A DNA stretch of 64,000 bases, from NCBI GenBank assembly GCA_051652765.1, contig JBOFUV010000036.1, positions 11,253-75,252 of the forward strand, read 5' to 3'. This document shows positions 31,103 to 40,802 of the stretch, piece after piece (the first letter of the stretch is position 1; every line of letters begins with the position of its first letter). The translations under genes and the position numbers were made by a program. The DNA comes from Microcoleaceae cyanobacterium. Lineage in GTDB: Bacteria > Cyanobacteriota > Cyanobacteriia > Cyanobacteriales > Microcoleaceae. Under the pieces are notes generated by a model. The model was not told where the DNA came from. It ran no database searches and saw only the letters and a list, made by a program, of their open reading frames with translations.

Positions 31103-31999
31103 TTGATACGACAGGAGTTTGCTGAAAGTGAACTTCATAAGGTTTCAATAACAAAGGTTTCAGTAAAATATGTCGGAGGAAGCGAGCCGGAGTTTATCTA
31201 CCAATCTGCGATCGCGCTTCAGATCTCTAGATCCCAGGGTCAACCGGCGCTTGCCATTGCCAATCAAATTGTTGACCTGTGGAAACAAGAAGCGGCCAGG
31301 TTTGATGCTTCTCCAAGACTGTTGAATTGGTTTGTGCTTGAAGTTTGTCCTTTAGGGATGATACTGTTCAGGTTGATCCCAGAAGGAGTCGCTGGCTGGC
31401 TACAAATGATGGTGCAGTTACCGTTATCTAGTCACTCTCAGTCCTGTTTCCAGCACTTTAGTCCCTTGTTCGCTGAGCACAGCAAGTCCCTTAAGCCTGT
31501 CGTAGAAGAGAATAGTCTCCCTGAAACCAAGCTTTTGAGCCTCTCTCCCCATGTATTTTGGCTGCAGTACAGCCATGCTCGTTGTTGTTCTCTGCTACGA
31601 TTGGGACATCGGGAGGGATTGGTTGTTCTGAGTCAACCCGACCCGGACTCTACACCGATGTTGTGGTCAGTGATTCAGCCTTGTCCCTTTCTTTGGTTTG
31701 ATGCAGACCATCATTTTTATTTAGTTCACAAAGCTGAGCATCAACTCGTCATTAATCTATTTGCTGTGCTAGACTTAAGTCACTGCTCTTCAGTTTCTAA
31801 AGCTCGGTGGGAAAGGCTGGCTTGTCAACTTGGTCAGACATTTCGGATATTTTACGCTCACTGTCAAATTTTGGGAGAGGCTAAGCAGGGAAATCCAATG
31901 TTAGCTCAGGCGAGGTTGGGGCTGTTAGTTGTGGCACAATCCCTTTTCTGGTTTGTGTTACGGGAGAGGTTAAGTGTCTTTGCTCCCCTTGAACTTTAG
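31103..31999 (+). CDS. Stand-alone DALR anticodon-binding domain protein (ArgRS-like, no catalytic domain)
   Basis: YQSAIALQI N-terminal part, LQYSHARCCSLLRL, FYAHCQILGE, ARLGL...APLEL. No HIGH motif. Start uncertain. Confidence 0.75.
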   Translation: MIRQEFAESELHKVSITKVSVKYVGGSEPEFIYQSAIALQISRSQGQPALAIANQIVDLWKQEAARFDASPRLLNWFVLEVCPLGMILFRLIPEGVAGWLQMMVQLPLSSHSQSCFQHFSPLFAEHSKSLKPVVEENSLPETKLLSLSPHVFWLQYSHARCCSLLRLGHREGLVVLSQPDPDSTPMLWSVIQPCPFLWFDADHHFYLVHKAEHQLVINLFAVLDLSHCSSVSKARWERLACQLGQTFRIFYAHCQILGEAKQGNPMLAQARLGLLVVAQSLFWFVLRERLSVFAPLEL

Positions 32000-32417
32000 T
32001 GTCGCTTCTTAATGTTGTGTATCTGGTTCAGGCTTCTTAGGAATGAAGTTAAGATGAGGGTGCTGAAGTCAGTCTGTAATACTACTGAGGAAAATTCAGA
32101 GTGAATTTAAGTGGTTAGTCATTTTATTTCTGATTGTTAAGCGTTATCCTAGAGTTTGAGTAGATGAACTGAGGAGATGTAGGTCTCCAGAAATACTGTA
32201 GGGAAAGTTGCCTGACAGTGTCTAAGGAGACAAAGTTCTGTAAATTCAAGTGGTTCTGTAGTGCCCTTAAGAAGACGTTACTAATGAAGCGTTACGTGTA
32301 GTGTTGCTTTGAGTAACAGGTAAAAGCATTTCTAGTCCTGGAATTTCAAGTTCCAAGTCTTGGGATAGGGAGGGCAGTCGTAAGAACCCAACGAAAACCC
32401 ATTTGTTAGGAGTATTA

Positions 32418-33824
32418 ATGAATTTGTCATTTGAAAGTTTGGGCATTTCTGAGTCTCGTGCCCGCCATCTAGAGGCGATTGGTTTTGCTGAGCCGACTCC
32501 CATCCAAGCTCAGGCCATTCCCCAAATGTTGTCTGGTCGAGATATTATCGGTCAAGCCCAGACGGGAACGGGAAAAACTGCCGCCTTCTCTCTCCCAATC
32601 CTGGAACAGATTGACGCTGAAGCCCATGGAGTCCAAGCCCTGATCCTGACACCGACTCGCGAACTGGCGTTGCAGGTAAAGGATGCTGTTCGGAAGATGG
32701 CTTATGAGCGATCGCTCTTTATTCTGACTGTCTATGGGGGTCAATCGATTGATCGTCAGATTCAACAGTTGAAGCGAGGTGTGCAGATTATTGTCGGCAC
32801 GCCGGGTCGGGTTCTGGATCTCCTGAATCGTGGAGATCTGAAGCTTGATAAGCTTAAGTGGTTGGTTTTGGACGAAGCTGATGAGATGCTCAGTATGGGT
32901 TTCATCCAGGATGTAGAGAAAATTTTGGAAGCCTCGTCGGATGATCGACAGACTGCATTTTTCTCCGCAACCATGGATGCATCCATTTGGAAGCTGGTAC
33001 GAAAGTTCCTGAAGTCTCCCATCACCGTTAAAGTTGAACAGCTAAAATCAACGCCTAAAAGGATTGAGCAGTCAGTTTATATGGTGCCTCGAGGGTGGAC
33101 AAAGGCAAGAGCGTTGCAGCCCATTCTTGAGCTGGAAGATCCAGAATCAGCCATTATTTTTGTCCGCACAAAACAGGTTGCGGCTGAACTAACCAATCAA
33201 TTGCAGGCTGTTGGCCACAGTGTTGATGAATACCATGGCAACCTGAATCAGGCTCAACGAGAGCGTTTGTTGATGCGGTTTCGACGACGGCAGGTACGAT
33301 GGGTCGTGGCAACTGATATTGCAGCCCGGGGTCTAGATGTGGATCATCTGACTCATGTGATTAACTACGATTTGCCGGATAATGCGGAGAGCTATGTTCA
33401 CCGGATTGGTCGAACGGGTCGGGCAGGTCGTGAAGGTAAAGCAATTACCTTACTGCAACCGATGGATCGGCGAAAGTTACAGGTGATTGAACGTCACCTT
33501 AAGCAACAATTGGAGGTTGAATCGATTCCGAAGCGATCACAAATTGAAGCCCGTAACATTGAACGGTTAAAAGACAAGGTCGTAGAAGCTCTGACTGGGG
33601 AAAGAATGGCCTCATTCTTACCTATAGTGGCTCAACTGGGAGAGGAGTATGAACCTCACGCAATTGCAGCCTCTGCTTTGCAGTTGGCCTATGACCAGAT
33701 GCGTCCGACCTATTCTGGCAGTGAGCCTTCCTCAGATTATGAGGAAGAGGATATGTCATCTATGGTGAAGCCCAAGCTGACAAAACGTCGTCAGCCTCAA
33801 CCGTCTAATTCTCGCAAGGACTAG
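32418..33824 (+). CDS. crhR: DEAD-box RNA helicase CrhR/DeaD
   Basis: AQTGTGKT, PTRELA, TPGR, DEAD, SAT, ARGLD, HRIGRTGRAG and a cyanobacterial CrhR-type C-terminus (GERMASFLPIV); RBS AGGAG. Confidence 0.9.
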   Translation: MNLSFESLGISESRARHLEAIGFAEPTPIQAQAIPQMLSGRDIIGQAQTGTGKTAAFSLPILEQIDAEAHGVQALILTPTRELALQVKDAVRKMAYERSLFILTVYGGQSIDRQIQQLKRGVQIIVGTPGRVLDLLNRGDLKLDKLKWLVLDEADEMLSMGFIQDVEKILEASSDDRQTAFFSATMDASIWKLVRKFLKSPITVKVEQLKSTPKRIEQSVYMVPRGWTKARALQPILELEDPESAIIFVRTKQVAAELTNQLQAVGHSVDEYHGNLNQAQRERLLMRFRRRQVRWVVATDIAARGLDVDHLTHVINYDLPDNAESYVHRIGRTGRAGREGKAITLLQPMDRRKLQVIERHLKQQLEVESIPKRSQIEARNIERLKDKVVEALTGERMASFLPIVAQLGEEYEPHAIAASALQLAYDQMRPTYSGSEPSSDYEEEDMSSMVKPKLTKRRQPQPSNSRKD

Positions 33825-33873
33825 TGAGTCGAGTCTGTCTAGACTCTGAACTGCTGCATTAAGGCTTGATCAT

Positions 33874-33900
33874 CTCGGTTCCTCTGGAGCCGAGTTTTTT
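33874..33900 (+). terminator. Intrinsic terminator after crhR
   Basis: CTCGGTTCC-TCT-GGAGCCGAG-TTTTTT. Confidence 0.8.
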
Positions 33901-33932
33901 ATTAGTCTGAGATCACCTCTCTATTTTCTCTT

Positions 33933-36173
33933 ATGGCAACCGAATCTCACTTTATTCTAGATTTAGTTACCACTCTTGGAACTGCCGCATTAGGAGGATT
34001 TGCCGCAAACCGCTTGGGTCAGCCAATTTTGTTGGGCTATTTAGTTAGTGGGTTAATCATTGGCCCTTCCGGATTGGGGTTATTGAATGACCTCAGCCAA
34101 ATCCAAGCCCTAGCCGAAATCGGAGTTGCATTTCTCTTATTTGCTTTAGGGGTTGAGTTCTCGCTCACTGAACTCAAGCGGGTGCAAAAGATTGCAATTC
34201 AGGGTAGCTTACTACAAATTGGGCTAACCATTGCCACCGTGACTCTAATTGCTCCGTTGCTAGGGTGGGTTAAAAATCCAACGGAGGGAATTTTTCTAGG
34301 AGCACTTCTTTCCCTTTCTTCCACAGCAGTTGTTTTGAAGAGTTTAACAGAGCGTGGAGAAGTGAACACAACCCATGGACAGGTTATGTTGGCGATTTTA
34401 ATTGCTCAAGACTTGGCCTTGGGGTTGATGTTAGCAATTTTACCCGCCTTAAATCAGCCGAGTTCTGCTTTGGCGATCGCCTTGTTCTGGGCACTGGTGA
34501 AGGGAGCGCTGTTTTTACTGGGGGCGCTGGTCGCAGGGATTTGGCTGGTTCCTCCCCTAATGAAACAGGTGGCTATGACAGAAAGTTCAGAACTGTTTTT
34601 GTTAACTGTCATTGCTCTGTGTTTGGGAGTTGCTCTAGTGACCGACACCCTAGGGCTTTCAATTGAAATGGGTGCATTTATTGCAGGGCTGATGGTGGCA
34701 GAAATTGACTATTCTGATCAAGCTTTGGCTAGAATTTTACCTTTACGGGATACCTTTGCCAGTTTATTTTTTGCTTCCATTGGAATGCTGATTAATCCTG
34801 TTGTTCTGATTCAGAATATTGGCATCATTTTAGGGCTAGTGATGATGGTGATGCTGGGGAAAGCGTTGATTATTTTTCCCATTGTCCTGAAGTTTGGCTA
34901 CTCTTTTAAGACTGCAGTGATTACGAGTTTGGGCTTGAACCAAATTGGTGAATTTTCCTTTGTTCTCGCTCAAGTGGCACTGAGTTTAGGCATATTAACG
35001 GAGAAAAAATATTTGCTCATTCTCGGCACAACGGCTATTACCCTCGTCTTAACACCCGTTTTCTTAAAGTCATCCCCGCGTCTGGCGAACCGCCTCGCCA
35101 ATTTACCTGGTTTGTCTCACTATCTTGAACGGTTTCGTGGGGCAAAAGAGATTCTGATGCCTGAGATCCTACAAGGTCATGTGGTTGTAGCTGGGTATGG
35201 ACGGGTTGGGCAAGTTTTGGTGAGAATGTTGCAAAATCAGGGACATCAAGTACTAGTGATTGATAATAGCGAGGCCGCAATCGCCAAACTGCGATCGCAC
35301 AGGATTCCCTATCTCATGGGGGATGCAGATTCAGAATTGGTTTTGCAAAAAACCCATCTGGAACAGGCTTTGGCGTTAGCGATCGCCCTTCCCGATCCCG
35401 CTAGTACTCGACTGCTTCTCAAGCGAGCCTTAGAGCTTTCTCCCCATCTTGATGTAGTTGCCCGTGCTCATAATAATAGCGAAATTGAGGTTCTGACTCA
35501 ATTGGGGGCGTGGGAGGTTGTCCAGCCAGAATTTGAATCTGCCTTGGAAATGGGGGCCCACCTGTTGTCTACTCTGGGAGAAACTCAAGTCACGATCCAG
35601 TCCGTGATTCGAGCGATTCGAACTGATCGTTATCGGAGTGTCCTACCTGAACGGGTTACCAATCTTGAACTGAAGTCTCTGCTCGAATCGACTGAAGGAC
35701 TCAAGAACAATTGGATTGCTTTAGATCAAAGTTCTCCCTTGGTGGGAATGACGCTGGCGGATGCCGATATTCGCCAACTCACGGGGGCAACTATCATGGA
35801 AATTGCCCGAAACAACCAACGCATTTCCTATCCGACCGGGGAGACTCAACTGAATGCTGCCGATCGACTCTTCGTCGTGGGGTCCCGAGAGGAATTGTCC
35901 CTGTTTCAGGAGTTGGCAATGAATCAGTCTCCTATTCGCTTGCAGGAAAGTGCTTGGGTTTCCCTCACGGAAGCCTCTCCCGGTGTTGGGACGTGGCTCA
36001 CACCAGGAGATTTAGTCAACTGTCGTCAGGGGATTATTGCGATTCGTCGTCAGGGCAAACTCTTCAAACTGCTGAGTAAACCGTTTCAGTTCCAATCTGG
36101 GGACTGGCTACTGCTACAAAATGGCTCGGCTATCGAAAGCGAGTCAGAGGAAAAGGAGGAACCCGAGAAATGA
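33933..36173 (+). CDS. CPA2 cation:proton antiporter with TrkA-N and TrkA-C domains
   Basis: AEIGVAFLLFALGVEFS, LSSTAVV, QDL, QIGEFSFVL, HVVVAGYGRVG and C-terminal RCK-C. Confidence 0.92.
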   Translation: MATESHFILDLVTTLGTAALGGFAANRLGQPILLGYLVSGLIIGPSGLGLLNDLSQIQALAEIGVAFLLFALGVEFSLTELKRVQKIAIQGSLLQIGLTIATVTLIAPLLGWVKNPTEGIFLGALLSLSSTAVVLKSLTERGEVNTTHGQVMLAILIAQDLALGLMLAILPALNQPSSALAIALFWALVKGALFLLGALVAGIWLVPPLMKQVAMTESSELFLLTVIALCLGVALVTDTLGLSIEMGAFIAGLMVAEIDYSDQALARILPLRDTFASLFFASIGMLINPVVLIQNIGIILGLVMMVMLGKALIIFPIVLKFGYSFKTAVITSLGLNQIGEFSFVLAQVALSLGILTEKKYLLILGTTAITLVLTPVFLKSSPRLANRLANLPGLSHYLERFRGAKEILMPEILQGHVVVAGYGRVGQVLVRMLQNQGHQVLVIDNSEAAIAKLRSHRIPYLMGDADSELVLQKTHLEQALALAIALPDPASTRLLLKRALELSPHLDVVARAHNNSEIEVLTQLGAWEVVQPEFESALEMGAHLLSTLGETQVTIQSVIRAIRTDRYRSVLPERVTNLELKSLLESTEGLKNNWIALDQSSPLVGMTLADADIRQLTGATIMEIARNNQRISYPTGETQLNAADRLFVVGSREELSLFQELAMNQSPIRLQESAWVSLTEASPGVGTWLTPGDLVNCRQGIIAIRRQGKLFKLLSKPFQFQSGDWLLLQNGSAIESESEEKEEPEK

Positions 36174-36256
36174 TATGATTGCACAGAGTTACGCTGGCCT
36201 GACTATAACCTTAATGATTGATATTGAATTACTTCGGTTGTTTACCTAAATTAATT

Positions 36257-36871
36257 ATGGATGCTTCCCGGTTGTATTGGTTTAAAGCTTTGCCTCTGTT
36301 CTCAAGGTCTAGGAAGCAAGGGCAAGGATGGCTGGCTTTCATGGTCATGCCCTTAGCATCTGTCGGTCTCTTTGCTGCCTCGGCATCCGCATTTCCTCGA
36401 TTTGATTTGACCACTGATCAAGACTATGCAACCTGCGCCACGAACCTTACAGCAGTCGGGTTGTCTTCAGAACTTGCGGCAAAAGCCTGTGCTGGGATGG
36501 TTCGCCCCCAAAATTTGAGTCAGTGTGTGACCCGAATTAGCCAAGATGCGGCGATCGCCCCCGAAGAAGCCTTGGCCAGTTGTGTGAGCGTCAGACGGCC
36601 TGAAGAGTTGGCCATTTGTGTTGTAAATATTACTCAAGAGGGAGGAGATGTTAACTCTTCTACAGTGTTAAATAGCTGTCGTCGGAGCCTGTTACCCGAG
36701 CGCCATGCATTTTGCGTTTTGGGGTTGACTCGCGGCGGTGGAATTGCAGTTGATCAAGCCCTAGGCACTTGCTTGAATCCCCCAGAACAGTTCATAGACT
36801 TGAGAATAGAACAACCTCAGGCTCCTAGCGCACTCCCAAATCTCCCTCCCGACCTACCTCCCAATCCATAA
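36257..36871 (+). CDS. Secreted cysteine-repeat hypothetical protein
   Basis: Signal-like segment ending ASASA followed by repeated C-x4-RP/LP-x5-CV units. Start uncertain. Confidence 0.75.
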   Translation: MDASRLYWFKALPLFSRSRKQGQGWLAFMVMPLASVGLFAASASAFPRFDLTTDQDYATCATNLTAVGLSSELAAKACAGMVRPQNLSQCVTRISQDAAIAPEEALASCVSVRRPEELAICVVNITQEGGDVNSSTVLNSCRRSLLPERHAFCVLGLTRGGGIAVDQALGTCLNPPEQFIDLRIEQPQAPSALPNLPPDLPPNP

Positions 36872-36885
36872 AACTTCATAACATA

Positions 36886-36919
36886 AAAACCCCCTCTCCC
36901 AGAACGGGAGAGGGGTTTT
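36886..36919. terminator. Bidirectional terminator / REP-like palindrome between convergent genes
   Basis: AAAACCCCCTCTCCC-AGAAC-GGGAGAGGGGTTTT; a second similar hairpin CCTTCTCC...GGAGAAGG lies at about 36946-36968. Confidence 0.75.
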
Positions 36920-37074
36920 GAAGAGGTTACATGATTTCTTTCTATCCTTCTCCTACAACGGGAGAAGGAATTTAGAAAGGAGGAGGTAAAGGACTTGCTA
37001 CTCAATGAACCCCTCACGAAAGAGTGAGGGACATTTTTATTCAGATCAAGTTCTACCTTCAATCAGGCTTTCTT

Positions 37075-39522
37075 TTAACGTCCTCGTTGTTGCAACAACT
37101 CCTGAGCATCGGGGCTAACGTTATATTCATAGCCATAGGGAGCCCGATCCGAATCATCCAGAACGTTGGGCGTAACGAGAACAATCACCTCAGCCCGTTC
37201 ATTCTCTCGATTCGTACTGCGGAATAAAGCCCCAATAATTGGCAGGTCGCCCAAAATCGGAATCTTGCTCACCGTGACCCGATCACTATCTTGAATAATC
37301 CCAGACACAATTAAGGTCTGACCGTCTCGCAGCCTGACTCGCCCTGAGTTCAGAGTTCGTACTAGGGTTTCTGTTGCAAAGCCCCCCTGGTCGTCAGTGA
37401 CAAGTCGGTCTCCCCTGATGGCACTAACCGTTGGAGTCATGGTAAACGTTACGAATCCATTATCATCCACCCGCTCGACATTGACCTCAAGAGTCAGACC
37501 CACGTCCCCAAAGTTAACCGTTCGATCCTCTGTTAAAGCTCCAGCAGTCACCGTTCGTTCAACATCAATCGATCGGACAATGTTTTCCACGAGAGCGACC
37601 CTGGCGCTTTCTCCCTCTTGAACTATCAAAGTTGGGTCAGTTAGGATCTTGGCGTTGCCGCTAACAACTTGAGCTTGCAACGTTGAGAGGAAGCGGCGAG
37701 GATATTGGAAGAAGGGGAAAGTTTCATAGGTCACATCTCCCACTTCGATTGATCCATCATCGTTTCGGGTGAAGGGGTTGTACTCCCGAATTCCAGGCCG
37801 TCCCGGACGATCTGTGATCGGTGGAATCGGACGCAACCCTAGGCCCCCTTCCCCTGGGGCAGTGAGAGGAATCGTCTCAATCCCGTCTCGATCAAAGAAT
37901 GGATCTTCCTCGCTCAGTTCTTGACCATCGTTAGTTCTGTTTTCAATGATGGGCCGAGCATTAATCCCACCGGTTGAAATACCTCGGTCAGGAGGGTTAA
38001 AGCCTCCGAAGTTGAGGGACGCTGCCCCGCCATCGTTGACGAAGAAGGTATCGTTGATCCCAAAGGAAAAACTACTGTTAAAGGCTTGCTCTCCAGTTAA
38101 GTTAATATCCAGAATCTTGACGTTAACCGCGACTTGACGCTTGCGGAGGTCGAGCTGAACCAACTGAGCAGAAGCAACTTCGACTAAACTCGGAGAGCCA
38201 ACCAAAGTAATGGTATTTAACCGTTCATCCACAATCACTTGTAAGCCTCGCAGCAGCGGGGAAGAATCCTGGGCTTCGATGCGCTGAGTTTCAATCCGAG
38301 TTTCTAGAGTTGTGTTGGTCGAGGTGATCGCCTGAGTCGATCCCTGAATGGGTACGGAGTTGGTCTGAGTCACCTGAACTTCTCGAGAAACTGCACTTTC
38401 TCCCCCCATGGCAACCAGGAAGTTGGCCGCTGTTCGAGCATTGACCTGGTTCATTCGGAATGTCCGAACGACGACATTTCTAGCCGTATTCGGTAAATCA
38501 GCGCCAACAAAGACAGTGTTACCCACGCGGTTGGCTTCTAACCCAGTCAAGCGCAGGACATAGTTGAACACATCTTGAACGGATTCGTTCTCGATATCAA
38601 GAGAAATCTTTTGATCAGGCCCCCCAGATCCGGGCTGACCGGGTTGAGTCGCTTGTTGCCCTTCACCCAATCCTCCTGAGGTGAACGCAATATTGACTCC
38701 GGCAACGCGACCGAGGAGGGAAAGAACATCACGGACAGATGCATCCCGCAACACTAAGCGGGGAATAATTTCCGAAGAGTTGAGGTTGATGGTAGAGACA
38801 GTTGGATTGACGTTAGAAACAGCAATATCCCCCACGGGAGGAGCAACTGCACGGGGCATGAAGGGAGGAGCAGCTTCCGCAGGGCGAGGACTACTCAGTT
38901 CAGTGGGGCCACCCTGAGAAGTAACATTCCCATCTGGAAGAATCACATCTCGTTGGGCTCGTTGGGCAGTTGTGGAGGGTTGAGCCGGAGTGCCTTTAGG
39001 GGAACTGACTGCAACTTCAGGGTTTGGAACCAGCACATCTTGGGGACGAGACTGAGGAAACGCAGCCGCAGGTGCAGCACTGGTCGTTCCAGAGGCAACT
39101 GCAATCACAATCCCTTGGTCACCGCCCTGAAGAACGCGGGCTTCAGGAGGAGCACTCATACCGCTGACAATCACCCGAACGCTCGTGGGGTCAATCTGAG
39201 TCACTACAATGGATGCCACGCCCGGTGCAGGATTACTCTGCTGAAAGTTACTCTGAGCGCTGGTAATCTGAGCATTAATAATATCGGCAACAAAGTCATT
39301 GCCCCGACGAACCACAAAAACCTCAGGACGCTCTCCGCCTTCTGTAGTCAAGACCAAGTTGATTTCACCGTTGGCTTGAACCAGTTGAATGTCCCGCACC
39401 TTTGTAAAGGCCCCAGCAGGCATCTGTGCCATTAGCACAATAGCAACCCCTGCACTCAGCCCTCCACCAAATCCTAAAAGCTGTTTCACGTTCCCTCCTC
39501 TACTGGACTGTGAGATAGACAT
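37075..39522 (-). CDS. pilQ: Type IV pilus secretin PilQ (AMIN + secretin domains)
   Basis: N-terminal AMIN-like region, LVLRDASVRDVLSLL, DERLNTITLVG, QVAVNVKILD, GNAKILTDPTL, KIPILGDLPIIGALFRS, EVIVLVTP. Confidence 0.88.
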   Translation of the reverse strand: MSISQSSRGGNVKQLLGFGGGLSAGVAIVLMAQMPAGAFTKVRDIQLVQANGEINLVLTTEGGERPEVFVVRRGNDFVADIINAQITSAQSNFQQSNPAPGVASIVVTQIDPTSVRVIVSGMSAPPEARVLQGGDQGIVIAVASGTTSAAPAAAFPQSRPQDVLVPNPEVAVSSPKGTPAQPSTTAQRAQRDVILPDGNVTSQGGPTELSSPRPAEAAPPFMPRAVAPPVGDIAVSNVNPTVSTINLNSSEIIPRLVLRDASVRDVLSLLGRVAGVNIAFTSGGLGEGQQATQPGQPGSGGPDQKISLDIENESVQDVFNYVLRLTGLEANRVGNTVFVGADLPNTARNVVVRTFRMNQVNARTAANFLVAMGGESAVSREVQVTQTNSVPIQGSTQAITSTNTTLETRIETQRIEAQDSSPLLRGLQVIVDERLNTITLVGSPSLVEVASAQLVQLDLRKRQVAVNVKILDINLTGEQAFNSSFSFGINDTFFVNDGGAASLNFGGFNPPDRGISTGGINARPIIENRTNDGQELSEEDPFFDRDGIETIPLTAPGEGGLGLRPIPPITDRPGRPGIREYNPFTRNDDGSIEVGDVTYETFPFFQYPRRFLSTLQAQVVSGNAKILTDPTLIVQEGESARVALVENIVRSIDVERTVTAGALTEDRTVNFGDVGLTLEVNVERVDDNGFVTFTMTPTVSAIRGDRLVTDDQGGFATETLVRTLNSGRVRLRDGQTLIVSGIIQDSDRVTVSKIPILGDLPIIGALFRSTNRENERAEVIVLVTPNVLDDSDRAPYGYEYNVSPDAQELLQQRGR

Positions 39523-39718
39523 TTATTATCAACCCTAAGTTACCCAATGTTAATCTCTAAAAAATTAATCCTTATATTAGTCCCTAAACGTAATCCCTAA
39601 CAACCCAACTCAGTTCGACAAACCCCCAGAAGCCAAGGGTCAAAATGATGAAGCTCAGCTCGCTTGACACATTAGAGCATCTGACTGATTCTGTCAAGAG
39701 TTCTAGCTGAGTAACGTG

Positions 39719-40489
39719 TTAATCAATCTCTCCCCGGACGGGCCATCCCAAACGAGTAGGCTGTTGGTAAATTCGTTTCAAAGTATTAACATCCCGAGGA
39801 GAAATTGGCGGCGGTTCCCCAACCTGGGAAAAATACATGACATCAGTTTTGACAGGACTATGACCCCAGATTCCCAAGGCGTGACCGAACTCATGACGGG
39901 CAGCCGCAGCAACATACTTCCCGGTCTGAGATGGACTGAGCCAGATCACGAACCGATGGGCCAAGCGTTGCACGCCATCTTCTCCTTCTGTGAAAATTTG
40001 ATAACGAGTTTCGGCAGAGCTAGCTCGTAAGTTTTCCGGTTCGAGGGGAGGACGGCGACGAAAAATTTGAATCTTAGCACTGTCAGGACGATCAACTATC
40101 TCTAAAGGCAGATAGGAACCCCAGTCCAAAATAGCAGACCGAACCTCTGCTGACCAGTTCTGTGACGATGTTGAAGGGATAACAGGCTCCACATAAATTT
40201 TTATAGGGAACCCAGACCAAACCAAATACCCGAGCGCTATGGGCTCAATCTGATCAAAATAGTCCCGATCAGGAGCGCCATCATCAGGGGTCTGATCTGG
40301 CCACTTGGCTAACTCAGGGGGTAAGGGATGGATGCGGGGTAAACTCTGCTGTTCCTGAGCCAAGACCTGAGAAAACTGAATGCCTAGGGCAAAAACCAGA
40401 GCCATCACTCCAAAAAAAACAAATCGCCAGCGCGATCGCCCCCAAGGTTCAAAAGTGCTACCCCAGTCCCTAGCCAAGCCAGCCTGCAC
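39719..40489 (-). CDS. Matrixin/M10-like zinc metallopeptidase
   Basis: RHEFGHALGIWGHS zinc motif, DVMY Met-turn, ISPRDVNTLKRIY. Start uncertain. Confidence 0.85.
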   Translation of the reverse strand: MQAGLARDWGSTFEPWGRSRWRFVFFGVMALVFALGIQFSQVLAQEQQSLPRIHPLPPELAKWPDQTPDDGAPDRDYFDQIEPIALGYLVWSGFPIKIYVEPVIPSTSSQNWSAEVRSAILDWGSYLPLEIVDRPDSAKIQIFRRRPPLEPENLRASSAETRYQIFTEGEDGVQRLAHRFVIWLSPSQTGKYVAAAARHEFGHALGIWGHSPVKTDVMYFSQVGEPPPISPRDVNTLKRIYQQPTRLGWPVRGEID

Positions 40490-40700
40490 TCAGAATAATC
40501 GTAGTCCCAATAAACAACACAGCCAACGTCCAGGTAATCCGATTCAAGGTCGTCTCTGCACTTTTGGCGCTGGTAAACAGTTGGGCTTGCCCCCCAATCC
40601 CGCCAATTCCGTCCCCTTTAGGACTATGCAAAAGCACAAAGACAATCAGTCCTGCGGCAGATAGAACCCAGATTACCTCCAGAAATCGACTTACAGTCAT
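40470..40700 (-). CDS. secG: Preprotein translocase subunit SecG
   Basis: VLLHSPKGDGIGGIGGQAQLFTSAKSAETTLNRITW; follows gpmI. Confidence 0.95.
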   Translation of the reverse strand: MTVSRFLEVIWVLSAAGLIVFVLLHSPKGDGIGGIGGQAQLFTSAKSAETTLNRITWTLAVLFIGTTIILSAGWLG

Positions 40701-40802
40701 GGCTATACCCGTGTTGCTTGATAAATTTGCTTGAGAAAACTTGCTTGACCAAACCTTAGTTTAACACTTTATCCCCAATCGTTTGGATACAGGGCTTAAC
40801 CA

